NCBI GenBank assembly: GCA_964541895.1
Contig: CAZISM010000008.1
Location: forward strand, 13,920 to 77,919
Length of the DNA stretch: 64,000 nucleotides
Source: an uncultured Cytophagia bacterium
Lineage (GTDB): Bacteria; Zhuqueibacterota; Zhuqueibacteria; Residuimicrobiales; Residuimicrobiaceae
Direction of reading: 5' to 3'
The notes below the pieces were generated by a model that did not search any database, was not told the DNA's origin, and saw only the letters and a program-made list of their open reading frames with translations. Of the stretch, positions 34,568 to 43,710 are shown one piece after another. Made by a program: the position numbers and the translations under genes. The stretch's first letter is position 1; each line of letters opens with the position of its first letter.

Positions 34568-35419
34568 ATGAAATTCTCCAGCAAAGTAGTGCTTGTGTTA
34601 ACACTTGCGCTTTCCTTCTCGCTGCTTTTTGGATCCTATTCCGCTGCGCAACAGAAAAAGATGAGCATGGAAGAGTACAATGCTCAGCTTAAAGACTTGC
34701 AGACCAGAGAGGCCAATGCCAAGAAAGCGGCTGAGGAATGCGCAAAATCGGTTGCCAAAGCCAAGACCGAGTACGATGCGGCCAAAGCTGAAACCGACAA
34801 AATATGGAATGAAATTCTGGCTATGATCGGCACCGATCAGGCAGGTGTGGATGCGTTTCGCAAATCGTTGCAGGCCCTTGATGCTCAGGTGGACGGTTTG
34901 ATGGCTCTGTCTCCGGAAGAGCTGTTCAAAAAGCGCGATGAGCTGGCGGCCTGCGAAGCCAAACTGGCTGAAGCCAAGAAGAACAGAATCTCTGCTCTGA
35001 CCGAAATGCAAAATCTTATTGCTTCGATCGAGGGCAAGATCACCCAGTTAAAGAACAAGATGCCGAAAGCGTTGTACGATATGTACACCGTGGTCGTCGG
35101 TGATTACCTCTGGAAGATCGCCGGCAAAAAGGATATCTATGCCAATCCATATCAGTGGATGCGCATCTATTCGTACAACAAAGAACAGATCAAGGATCCG
35201 GATCTGATCTATCCGAAGCAGGAATTCAAAATCCAGCGCGAATGCGGACCGGACGAATATCTGATTGCCAAAGGCGATTATCTGAAAAAGATCGCGGCGG
35301 ATCCCAAAGTTCTGGGCGATCCGACGAAATGGACCAAACTGTACGAAAAGAACAAAGCCATCATCGGCGACGATCCCAGCAGATTGTATCCTTACACTGT
35401 GCTGGTAATCCCGCGCTAA
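34568..35419 (+). CDS. secreted coiled-coil protein with two C-terminal LysM domains
   Basis: Signal peptide MKFSSKVVLVLTLALSFSLLFGSYSAAQ and a coiled-coil N-half. Two LysM motifs: YTVVVGDYLWKIAGK...YPKQEFKI and YLIAKGDYLKKIAAD...LYPYTVLVIP. Confidence 0.7.
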   Translation: MKFSSKVVLVLTLALSFSLLFGSYSAAQQKKMSMEEYNAQLKDLQTREANAKKAAEECAKSVAKAKTEYDAAKAETDKIWNEILAMIGTDQAGVDAFRKSLQALDAQVDGLMALSPEELFKKRDELAACEAKLAEAKKNRISALTEMQNLIASIEGKITQLKNKMPKALYDMYTVVVGDYLWKIAGKKDIYANPYQWMRIYSYNKEQIKDPDLIYPKQEFKIQRECGPDEYLIAKGDYLKKIAADPKVLGDPTKWTKLYEKNKAIIGDDPSRLYPYTVLVIPR

Positions 35420-35614
35420 TACCGTGCTCCCGGGTGGCAAGGTCGACTTGCGATCCCCGTTTTCTGCCGGTTGCTCAGGGCAGACGCATGCCCCCGGAGC
35501 CATGATACATCGTAAACTCTCGATTCGGATGCTGACGCTCTGGATCGGGAGTTTTTTTATTGATCGGAGTGGTGGGTCGCGGCTGATACGACCCCAGCGA
35601 AGCATAGGGATGAT

Positions 35615-36595
35615 ATGATGCAGAAAAAAGCGGTGACCGACTCCGCCCTGGCGGAACGGCGGTTGATCATAAAGGGCATTGACCCCATGGCCGTGTTCGG
35701 CGCTCAGGACAGCAATCTGCGCCTGCTCGAGGCCGAACTGGGCGCCCAATTGATCGCCCGCGGCCAGGAGATCCTGGTGCGCGGCACGCCGGAGCGGGTA
35801 GAGCAGGCGGAAAAGGTGCTGAACGAGCTCATCTTTCTGGCCAATCGCAACGGTCTGGTTGTGGCGGATGACATTGAAGTGGTCACACGATTATCAGAAC
35901 TCGGGCAAAAAGGCGATGCCAAAGCCGACGCCGGCTCGGAACAGATCATCGTCTACACCAAGACCGGTTTTATCAAACCGCGCACCGAAGGGCAACAGGC
36001 CTATTTGAACGCCTGCCGGGCGAATGATATCGTATTCTCCATCGGGCCGGCCGGCACCGGCAAAACTTTTATGGCGGTAGCGCTGGCCGTGGCGGCGTTG
36101 CGCGACAAGATCGTCGATCGCATCGTACTGTGCCGCCCTGCCGTAGAGGCAGGGGAGAGCCTGGGCTTTCTTCCCGGGGACTTTCGCGAAAAGGTCGATC
36201 CCTACCTGCGCCCCCTCTACGATGCGCTCTATGATATGGTTCCGGCCGACAAGCTGAAGCGGTTCATTGAAACCCGGGTCATCGAAATCGTACCTCTCGC
36301 GTATATGCGCGGCCGGACATTGAACAACGCCTTTGTCATCCTGGACGAAGCCCAGAACACCACCTCGCTGCAGATGAAGATGTTCCTCACCCGCCTGGGC
36401 AACAACTCCAAAGCCATCATCACCGGCGACATCACCCAGATCGATCTGCCGGAAAAACTGGAATCCGGTCTGGTGCAGATTCAAAGCATTCTGCAGGGCA
36501 TCGAAGGCATCGGCTTTATCTATTTGAGCGAACGGGATGTCGTTCGCCATCACCTGGTTCGGAAAATCATCAAAGCCTATGAAAAGCTTTCGTAA
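35615..36595 (+). CDS. phoH: PhoH family ATPase (YbeZ-like)
   Basis: GPAGTGKTFMAVALAVAAL Walker A and the conserved C-terminal PhoH region; KH-like N-terminus. Confidence 0.9.
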   Translation: MMQKKAVTDSALAERRLIIKGIDPMAVFGAQDSNLRLLEAELGAQLIARGQEILVRGTPERVEQAEKVLNELIFLANRNGLVVADDIEVVTRLSELGQKGDAKADAGSEQIIVYTKTGFIKPRTEGQQAYLNACRANDIVFSIGPAGTGKTFMAVALAVAALRDKIVDRIVLCRPAVEAGESLGFLPGDFREKVDPYLRPLYDALYDMVPADKLKRFIETRVIEIVPLAYMRGRTLNNAFVILDEAQNTTSLQMKMFLTRLGNNSKAIITGDITQIDLPEKLESGLVQIQSILQGIEGIGFIYLSERDVVRHHLVRKIIKAYEKLS

Positions 36596-36624
36596 CAGGG
36601 CGGCCGGACCCGGCGGAGCGGCCC

Positions 36625-38931
36625 ATGAATAACCTGCGGCGCCGGCTAGACCGGCTGGCTTCTCTCTCCGTCGATGCGGTGGGACTTAATCATCGCGATG
36701 CGGCATCCGGATGGTTTCATCGCTATCGCTATCAGATCTATGGCGTGCTGCTGCTGACGCTGCTCATCATGCTGCTGTTTCCTTCCGCCAAAACGATGCA
36801 CTTTGGCGACCTGCGCGAGGGCCGCGTCTACATCGGCACCGAGATCATCGCCCCCTTTACCTTTCCGGTGAATAAAAGCCACGAAGAGTATGAAGCCGAT
36901 CTCTATCGCGCCCGCACCTCCATTGCGCCGGTGTTTCACCGCGACAGCACGGTGGCGCCGTTTCAGACGGAGGCGCTCGATCGCCTCTTTGCCGGCCTCT
37001 ATGATCTGTTGCGCAAGCCGACGATGGATCGTGCGGATCTGCAGGACTATTTTGAACAGAACGGCGTGGTCCTGTCCGGCGCGGATCTCAACTCGCTGCT
37101 GACCGGGGAGGGCAAAGGGGCGAACGGCGAAGCCCGCCCCGGCGGCCTGGCCGGCCGCGTCGCGGTTGCGCGCTCGCTGCACGCCGCCCTGGCGGCGTTG
37201 TTGAAAGAGGGTTATTCAGGCGGCGTTCTCAATGTGGAAAAGAACTCACTGCCGGCGGAATTCAGCCGCATCTCCATTCTGTTTCGCGGCCGTGAAATGC
37301 TGGAAGATAAGAATTACTATCGCGGTCCGCAGGAGGCGCAGGCCTGGCTGCTCAACGCGCTGCGCGCCAACGACGACCTGAGGGAAGAACAGGCGCGAGT
37401 AGCCTACAAAATCGGTTCGCATTTTCTCGCCGCCAATTTGTATTACAACGCGGCCGAAACCGTCAGCCGCCAGGAGCAGGCCATGGTCAATGTGCCGTTG
37501 GCCAAGGACCAGGTGCTGGCCGGCGAACGCATCATCGACAGCCATGAACGCATCACCAAACAGCATATCGACAAACTGAATTCCTTTGCCGCGGCGCGCG
37601 CCGAACGCAAAGAAACGGTCGGGTGGGGAACCTGGCTGGTCTTTCGCCTCTGCCAGTTCGCTTTCGTGCTTTTCGTGCTGGCCATTATGCTGGCGTTTCT
37701 CTATAAAACGCGCGCCGAGATCATCTCCTCTCCCAAACAGCTGCTGCTCATCGGCCTGGTGATGCTGGCCAGCGCCCTGACCGTCTTTCTGGTCAACGAA
37801 CTGAAACTGCCGCTGCTGGTATTGCCCATAACCACCGGCATCATCATCATCGCCGTGTTTTTTGATATTTATGTCGGACTGTTCTATGCCATATCGGTCA
37901 GCTTGCTGACCGGCGCCATGCGCGGACACGAGTACGGCATCACCTTCATTTCGCTGTTCACCGGTGTGATGGCGATTCTCTCCGTCAGCCGGGTCCGCAC
38001 CCGCCGTTGGGTCTTGCGCACCATGGTGGTGATCATGCTCGCCTATGTGGTGGCGACCTTTGTCCACGACACGCTCAATTACCTGCCGTTCCGCGAAGTG
38101 CTCGCCAACTGGGGTTTTGGATTGATCAACGGTTTCCTGTCGCCGATTTTCGCTTACGGTCTGGTCATGATTCTGGAATACGCCTTTAACATGACTACGG
38201 ACATGACGCTCCTGGAGCTGTCGGACCTCAATAATCCCCTGTTGCGGCAACTCGCCATGCAGGCCCCCGGCACCTATCACCATTCCATCATGGTGGGAAA
38301 TCTGGCCGAAGCGGCCACGGAATCCATCGGTGGCAACAGCCTGCTGGCGCGGGTGGGGGCCTATTATCATGATATCGGCAAAATGGAAAAGCCGGAATAT
38401 TTTGTCGAGAATCAACAGCGCGGCCGCAATCCCCAGGAAAAGCTGACGCCGACCATGAGCTCGCTGGTGCTGCTCAACCATGTCCGCAAGGGAGCGGATA
38501 TGGCCAGAGAATTCCGCCTGCCCAAGGTTATTGAAGCGTTTATTTACGAACATCACGGCACCAGTCTGATGAACTATTTTTATCAAAAAGCCCTGGAACA
38601 GAGCAAGGGCGAATACGTTTCCGATACCGAATTCCGCTATCCCGGTCCTAGGCCGCAAAGTCGTGAAACGGCCATCGTCATGCTGGCCGACGCCGTCGAA
38701 GCCATGTCACGGACGCTGAAAGACCCATCGCCCAGCCGCATCAAACAGATCGTCGAACACATGGTCGATGAACGATTCAAGAGCGGTGAACTGGACGACT
38801 CGCCCCTGACGCTGCAGGATTTATCCCGCATCTCGGACGCGTTCCAGAAAATATTGATCGGCATCTTTCACCGCCGCATCGACTATCCCAATTCACCAAC
38901 CAGTGTACCCGCCAAAGAGAGCACAGCATGA
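36625..38931 (+). CDS. 7TM-HD (HDIG) membrane phosphohydrolase, PgpH/YqfF-like
   Basis: Extracellular domain, 7 TM helices, then HD domain (HHSIMVGNLAEAATESIGGNSLLARVGAYYHDIGK...). Its stop overlaps the ybeY start. Confidence 0.8.
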   Translation: MNNLRRRLDRLASLSVDAVGLNHRDAASGWFHRYRYQIYGVLLLTLLIMLLFPSAKTMHFGDLREGRVYIGTEIIAPFTFPVNKSHEEYEADLYRARTSIAPVFHRDSTVAPFQTEALDRLFAGLYDLLRKPTMDRADLQDYFEQNGVVLSGADLNSLLTGEGKGANGEARPGGLAGRVAVARSLHAALAALLKEGYSGGVLNVEKNSLPAEFSRISILFRGREMLEDKNYYRGPQEAQAWLLNALRANDDLREEQARVAYKIGSHFLAANLYYNAAETVSRQEQAMVNVPLAKDQVLAGERIIDSHERITKQHIDKLNSFAAARAERKETVGWGTWLVFRLCQFAFVLFVLAIMLAFLYKTRAEIISSPKQLLLIGLVMLASALTVFLVNELKLPLLVLPITTGIIIIAVFFDIYVGLFYAISVSLLTGAMRGHEYGITFISLFTGVMAILSVSRVRTRRWVLRTMVVIMLAYVVATFVHDTLNYLPFREVLANWGFGLINGFLSPIFAYGLVMILEYAFNMTTDMTLLELSDLNNPLLRQLAMQAPGTYHHSIMVGNLAEAATESIGGNSLLARVGAYYHDIGKMEKPEYFVENQQRGRNPQEKLTPTMSSLVLLNHVRKGADMAREFRLPKVIEAFIYEHHGTSLMNYFYQKALEQSKGEYVSDTEFRYPGPRPQSRETAIVMLADAVEAMSRTLKDPSPSRIKQIVEHMVDERFKSGELDDSPLTLQDLSRISDAFQKILIGIFHRRIDYPNSPTSVPAKESTA

Positions 38932-39380
38932 ACTCTGGAGTGTTCCGTCACATCGACATTCAAGCGATGGTAAGCCACCGGATTGACCGGCCAATCCTGC
39001 TCGAGCTGGTGCACGGTGAGCTGCGCCGGCAAAAAAGCTGGCCCAATTATCAAATTTCCATTTTTCTCATCGATGACCGCCAAATCCGTGCCTTAAAGGC
39101 GCGTTACTTTGGCATCCGCACATCCACAGATGTGATCTCCCTCAACTACACCACCGTGAAGGGATTTCTCGAAGGTGAAATCCACATCAGCCTGGAGACT
39201 GCCCGTCGTCAGGCGAGAGAGTACCGCGTAACGGTGCAGGACGAGGTCCGCCGGCTGGCGGTGCACGGCCTTTTGCACCTGCTCGGTTATACCGACGACA
39301 CCCTCGAGGAGCGGCGGATCATGGCTGATTTTGAAAGTGCTGCACTGGTGCGACTTAAAAAGCGCTTGACATTAATCTAA
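38928..39380 (+). CDS. ybeY: rRNA maturation endoribonuclease YbeY
   Basis: 150 aa with ...ISIFLIDDRQIRALKARYFG...DVISLNY...HGLLHLLGYTD zinc-binding H-x3-H-x5-H motif. Confidence 0.9.
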   Translation: MNSGVFRHIDIQAMVSHRIDRPILLELVHGELRRQKSWPNYQISIFLIDDRQIRALKARYFGIRTSTDVISLNYTTVKGFLEGEIHISLETARRQAREYRVTVQDEVRRLAVHGLLHLLGYTDDTLEERRIMADFESAALVRLKKRLTLI

Positions 39381-39423
39381 AAAATGTATAGACTTAATAG
39401 AACTATTGTCGCAGAGGTGCACT

Positions 39424-40596
39424 ATGCAAGCCCTACGATTTGATGTTCGTGATCTGTTGCTCGCCCCGCGGCTGGCGTTCAGCCTTCAGCGTATGTGGAT
39501 TCAGTTCCTGGGCCTGGGTGCAGGGTATGTGTTATATCTGATCTTGACCTATCTTGGTTTTCTCTTTTCCGGCTTTACCTTTGCAGAGGTTTGGGCGTAT
39601 TTCGGTTTGCTGCCCTGTCTGTTCGCCTGTTCCGGCAGCGTGTCCTGGATCGGCTGGTTCTTTTACAGTCTGGCCTCTCTGGCCCTTTTTGTCGCTTTCC
39701 TGATGACCAACACCGCTGTCGGTCGTGCGGCTTATATGGCCATGAAAGGGCAGCCCTTCTATTCCTGGCGGGAAGCCATGGCGTTTGCCGCCCGCAAGTG
39801 GGCCTCTGTCGTCATGGCACCAGCCTCGCTGCTCACGCTGGTCGGCCTGGTAGTGTTGGCCGGTTTATGTGTAGGTCTTTTGGGAAAAATTCCCTATATT
39901 GGTACCTTGGGTGTGTCTTTTGTAACCGTCATTTGGTTTCTCGCCGCTCTTTTTTTGCTGTATATGCTCATGGTTCTGCTGGTTTCGATCTGGCTGGCGC
40001 CGGCTATCATCGCCACTTCCGATGAAGATGCGTTTGAAGTGGTATTTCAGTCGTTTTCGCTCACCTGGTCGCAACCGTGGCGGATTCTTGGCTATCAGAT
40101 GCTGGCTGTCTTTCAGGCTTTGCTGTCCCTGACGATAATGGCGATTCTGGGCAAGGGCGCGGTCCTGATCATGAATAGTTTACTGGCGGCCGCCATGGGG
40201 GCGCCCTACCTCTCCCTGGCCCATAACGGTTTGGCATTGCTGTACGATGCGCTGGCCGCTGCGCGGGAACTGGTTCAGGCGGCGTATGGATCGTTATGCC
40301 AGTTTGTCTATTTTTCGAAATCGTATCAGCATCCTGATTTTGCCAACATGCCGCCGACCATGGTATGGTCGTCCTGGCTGTATGCGGCTAACGTATTGTT
40401 CGTAATCGGCTGGATTCTTGCCTATGGCTTTGCAACCTATGCGGTAGGCAACGTTTTGTCTTATTTGTCGTTGCGCAAACGCAAGGACGGGGAAAATCTC
40501 CTCGAGCGCCATGACAAGGAGGAAGAACTGGACGAATCCGGGGAGGAGTCGACGGCGCCGGAGGGGGCTGGCGAACAGGCGGGCGCGCGTTCCTGA
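39424..40596 (+). CDS. polytopic membrane protein with an acidic C-terminal tail, unknown function
   Basis: ATG 39424 is 4 nt after GAGGTG (track starts at TTG 39406). About 8 predicted hydrophobic helices; tail ERHDKEEELDESGEESTAPEGAGEQ. Confidence 0.5.
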   Translation: MQALRFDVRDLLLAPRLAFSLQRMWIQFLGLGAGYVLYLILTYLGFLFSGFTFAEVWAYFGLLPCLFACSGSVSWIGWFFYSLASLALFVAFLMTNTAVGRAAYMAMKGQPFYSWREAMAFAARKWASVVMAPASLLTLVGLVVLAGLCVGLLGKIPYIGTLGVSFVTVIWFLAALFLLYMLMVLLVSIWLAPAIIATSDEDAFEVVFQSFSLTWSQPWRILGYQMLAVFQALLSLTIMAILGKGAVLIMNSLLAAAMGAPYLSLAHNGLALLYDALAAARELVQAAYGSLCQFVYFSKSYQHPDFANMPPTMVWSSWLYAANVLFVIGWILAYGFATYAVGNVLSYLSLRKRKDGENLLERHDKEEELDESGEESTAPEGAGEQAGARS

Positions 40597-40685
40597 CCGG
40601 CTCTATCATATCCGGTCCTGCTCAAATTTATTTCCGGCCTGCTGTAATTCCGTTACGCAAACCACTGCGTTGGGAGGTAATTGTA

Positions 40686-40889
40686 ATGTTGAAAGGCGTT
40701 ATCAAAAACTGGGACAACGCTAAAGGTTGGGGCTTTATCGTTACATCGGAAGAAGAAGATCTTTTTTTTCATGTCAGCGACCTTGATATTACTTTAAAAC
40801 CAAATGAAGTTCGGGCGGGGATGGTGGTCAAATTCGATGTTCGCCAGGACATGAAAGGGGCTAAAGCCGTCAGGGTGCGCAGGGCGTAA
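40686..40889 (+). CDS. cold-shock domain protein (CspA family)
   Basis: GVIKNWDNAKGWGFIVTSEEEDLFFHVSDL has the RNP1-like KGWGFI motif. RBS GGGAGG upstream; long 5' UTR. Confidence 0.85.
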   Translation: MLKGVIKNWDNAKGWGFIVTSEEEDLFFHVSDLDITLKPNEVRAGMVVKFDVRQDMKGAKAVRVRRA

Positions 40890-40926
40890 CGCGGTGCATT
40901 GAAAGCAGAGGAAAAGCGATTCTGGA

Positions 40927-42213
40927 ATGCCTGAACTCTTTGTAAAGCTTAACGATCAGCAGGCAAGACCTTACTCCATTTCGGAACTTCGCAAACTGGC
41001 TGTCAACGGAGAATTCAGTCAGGAAGATCTGGTTTTCAGCGAAGATACGCAAGAATGGGTGAAAGCGGCGAACATGAGCGAGCTGAAGCGTCTTTTTTTG
41101 GCGCCTGAGGTTCAAACGACACCGCGCACGGTCTTTGCCGTAGGTGGAGGCAAGGGTGGTGTGGGTAAAACCGTGCTGACCGCTTCCATAGGAATTGGGC
41201 TCGCTACCCTGGGCAACCAGGTAGTCATCGTCGATGCGGATCTGGGTGGGGCCAACCTGCACACCTGCATGGGCATTCTCGAGCCGGAGTATACTTTTTA
41301 CCATTTTTACACGCTGCAGAAAGAGACGCTGGCGGACATTATGCTGGATACGCCGGTGGAAAACCTCAAGCTCATCAGCGGCGCCTGCGGGACCCTGGGG
41401 CTGGCCAACCCCCGCTACTCGCAAAAATTGCGATTCATCAATGAGCTGCGGCGGGTGCAGGCGGACTATGTGCTTTTGGATCTTGGCGCCGGCTCTTCGT
41501 TCAACGTCATTGACTTTTTTGTTGCTGCCGATCAGGGGATCGTCGTCACCACCCCGGAGCCCATGGCCATTCAGGAGACCTTCAATTTCCTCAAAATTGC
41601 GGTGATGCGCAAGCTCATGCGCCATTTCAAGAACCGGCCGGATATTTCTCTGCTGTTTGATCAGGACACCTTTGCCGAACACAGCCGGCTCAACGCCTCT
41701 TTTGATGAAGTGGCCAGGCAAATCCGCGCCATCGACGCCTCGGCCGGCGATGAAGCGCAGCGCCTGCTGGCGGCGTTCAAGCCGTCTCTGATTCTGAACA
41801 TGGTGCACAGCCAGGAAGAGGTCAAAGAAGGGGTGGCCCTGGCGACCGCGGTGGAGGAGCTGCTTTCGATCAAACTGAATTTTCTCGGCTATATCGATTA
41901 CGACGAAAGCGTACGCCAGGCCGTAAAAGAGCTGCGGCCCTTTATGATTGATAATCCCAAATCCAAGGCGTCCAAAAGTCTGGCGCGGCTGATCTCTGTC
42001 GGCCTGCTCGGTCAATCCGGCTGGAAGGGCTTTATGGATCGGCGCAAAGTGCTGAAACAGGCCGGCGAAGAGGCCAAAAGCTATCCCATCAACCAGATTA
42101 AGGAAAGCGAAACCATTTGTTCCGTGCAGTGCTTTTACTGGGGGGATTGTGAATACCAAAACGGCGGCTATCCCTGCCCCGTTCGGCATCTCGATCCGAT
42201 TTTCCGGCGATGA
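40927..42213 (+). CDS. MinD/FlhG-like P-loop ATPase with an N-terminal GYF-like (DUF4339-type) domain and a Cys-rich C-terminus
   Basis: N-terminus LFVKLNDQQARPYSISELRKLAVNGEFSQEDLVFSEDTQEWVKAANMSELK. Deviant Walker A VGGGKGGVGKT and DADLGGANL like MinD/FlhG. C-terminus CSVQCFYWGDCEYQNGGYPCP. Confidence 0.75.
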   Translation: MPELFVKLNDQQARPYSISELRKLAVNGEFSQEDLVFSEDTQEWVKAANMSELKRLFLAPEVQTTPRTVFAVGGGKGGVGKTVLTASIGIGLATLGNQVVIVDADLGGANLHTCMGILEPEYTFYHFYTLQKETLADIMLDTPVENLKLISGACGTLGLANPRYSQKLRFINELRRVQADYVLLDLGAGSSFNVIDFFVAADQGIVVTTPEPMAIQETFNFLKIAVMRKLMRHFKNRPDISLLFDQDTFAEHSRLNASFDEVARQIRAIDASAGDEAQRLLAAFKPSLILNMVHSQEEVKEGVALATAVEELLSIKLNFLGYIDYDESVRQAVKELRPFMIDNPKSKASKSLARLISVGLLGQSGWKGFMDRRKVLKQAGEEAKSYPINQIKESETICSVQCFYWGDCEYQNGGYPCPVRHLDPIFRR

Positions 42214-42261
42214 GCGGGGAGATTTTTCTTTTACATTAACAATATTTTAAGTATAATAAAA

Positions 42262-42294
42262 GGTGAACATACTCTGCCGTGTTCACCTTTTTTT
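42262..42294 (+). terminator. rho-independent terminator after the MinD-like gene
   Basis: GGTGAACA-tactctgccg-TGTTCACC followed by TTTTTTT. It overlaps the GTG-initiated 5' part of track ORF 42279, implying the true trkH start is further downstream. Confidence 0.65.
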
Positions 42295-42317
42295 GTTCAC
42301 CGGACGACCAGACACGT

Positions 42318-43679
42318 ATGAATATCCTGATCACATTCTGGAAACACAGCACGCGTAAAATTTACCCACCCCAGCTATTGGCGGCCAGTTTTTTTCTGCT
42401 CATATTGAGCGGCGGTTTTGTCTTATCCCTGCCGATCAGTGCGGTCAATAAAGTGTCGTTCGTGGATGCGCTGTTTCTCTCCACTTCGGCGACCTGTGTG
42501 ACCGGACTGGCGCCGGTGGACATCGGCACGGAATTGACGACGTTCGGGCAGGTGGTGCTGTTGATCCTGATCCAGGTCGGCGGGCTGGGCTTTATGACCC
42601 TGTCCACATTTTTCGTCTACATTCTGGCCGGCCGGTTTTCCATCAGAGGCCGTGATCTGATCGAACAGAGCGTGGCCAGTCAGCCGTTGCCCTACCTGGG
42701 CAAGTTGCTGGTGTTTATCGTGATCGGCACTCTGCTCATCGAATCGATCGGTGGCCTGGTGCTCACCTTGCGCTTTATGCAGCACTATCCGCCGGGCCGG
42801 GCCGCTTATTTGGGATTTTTTCACGCCGTTTCAGCGTTCTGTAATGCGGGTTTTTCCCTGTTTCCGGATAATCTCATGTCGTTCCGGCAGGATGTCCTGA
42901 TCAACGCCACCATCATGACCTTGATCGTGCTCGGCGGCCTGGGATTTTGGGTGATTTATGATTTGAAGAATATCAGGCGCGGCTTTCACCGTCTGACCGT
43001 GCATACAAAAATCGTTTTGACGACCTCGCTCGGTCTGATCGTTGCCGGCACGGCCTTTATCGCCTTTTTTGATTGGCAGCGAACGCTGGCTGCTGATTCC
43101 ATTCCGGCAAAATTGATGGCGGCCGCTTTCCAATCGGTTACGGCGCGCACCGCCGGCTACAACACGCTTGCCATTGGCGACATGAGCCACGGCTCCATCC
43201 TCGTGCTCATGTTGCTGATGGGTATCGGCGCTTCGCCGGGTTCGTGCGGCGGCGGCATCAAAACATCCACCTTTGCGGTTCTGCTGGCGGCGGTCTTTTC
43301 CCGCTTGCACGATCAGCGACAGGTGCGTTTGTACCATCGCGGCGTGCCGGAGGCCATTATCTCAAAAGCGATGGGCATTGTATTTTTCTGGCTGGCCGCG
43401 GTCATCTTTTCCGTGATGATCCTTCTGGTGACCGAGGCGAACGTGCGGGAGCCGTTCGCGAGCTCGCTGCTGGTGCAGGTGTTTTTTGAATCCTTGTCGG
43501 CCATCGGCACCGTGGGCCTGAGTATGGGGATCACGCCGTTGTTGAGCGGGGCGGGGAAAACGGTCATTATCCTGCTCATGTACATCGGCCGTATCGGCCC
43601 CATCACGCTGGCGGTGGTCATTGCGCGCAACCGGACGGCCAATTACCGCTTTGCAGAAGAGAAAATCATTGTCGGATGA
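42318..43679 (+). CDS. trkH: TrkH/KtrB family potassium transporter membrane subunit
   Basis: Repeated pore-loop pattern (TCVTGLAPVD, GFSLFPDN, TAGYNTLAIGD, VGLSMGITP) typical of the TrkH/KtrB fourfold M1-P-M2 architecture. ATG at 42318 chosen downstream of the terminator. Confidence 0.85.
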   Translation: MNILITFWKHSTRKIYPPQLLAASFFLLILSGGFVLSLPISAVNKVSFVDALFLSTSATCVTGLAPVDIGTELTTFGQVVLLILIQVGGLGFMTLSTFFVYILAGRFSIRGRDLIEQSVASQPLPYLGKLLVFIVIGTLLIESIGGLVLTLRFMQHYPPGRAAYLGFFHAVSAFCNAGFSLFPDNLMSFRQDVLINATIMTLIVLGGLGFWVIYDLKNIRRGFHRLTVHTKIVLTTSLGLIVAGTAFIAFFDWQRTLAADSIPAKLMAAAFQSVTARTAGYNTLAIGDMSHGSILVLMLLMGIGASPGSCGGGIKTSTFAVLLAAVFSRLHDQRQVRLYHRGVPEAIISKAMGIVFFWLAAVIFSVMILLVTEANVREPFASSLLVQVFFESLSAIGTVGLSMGITPLLSGAGKTVIILLMYIGRIGPITLAVVIARNRTANYRFAEEKIIVG

Positions 43680-43710
43680 ATCGGCGTCCATCTGAAGGAA
43701 TGAAGATGCT

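Noticed and set aside
35420-35614. Several short hairpins and a GATCGG direct repeat upstream of phoH, considered as possible terminator, sRNA or riboswitch
   Set aside because: The stems are short (5-6 bp), none is followed by a clear U-tract, and no recognisable riboswitch consensus was seen. This may simply be a promoter region.
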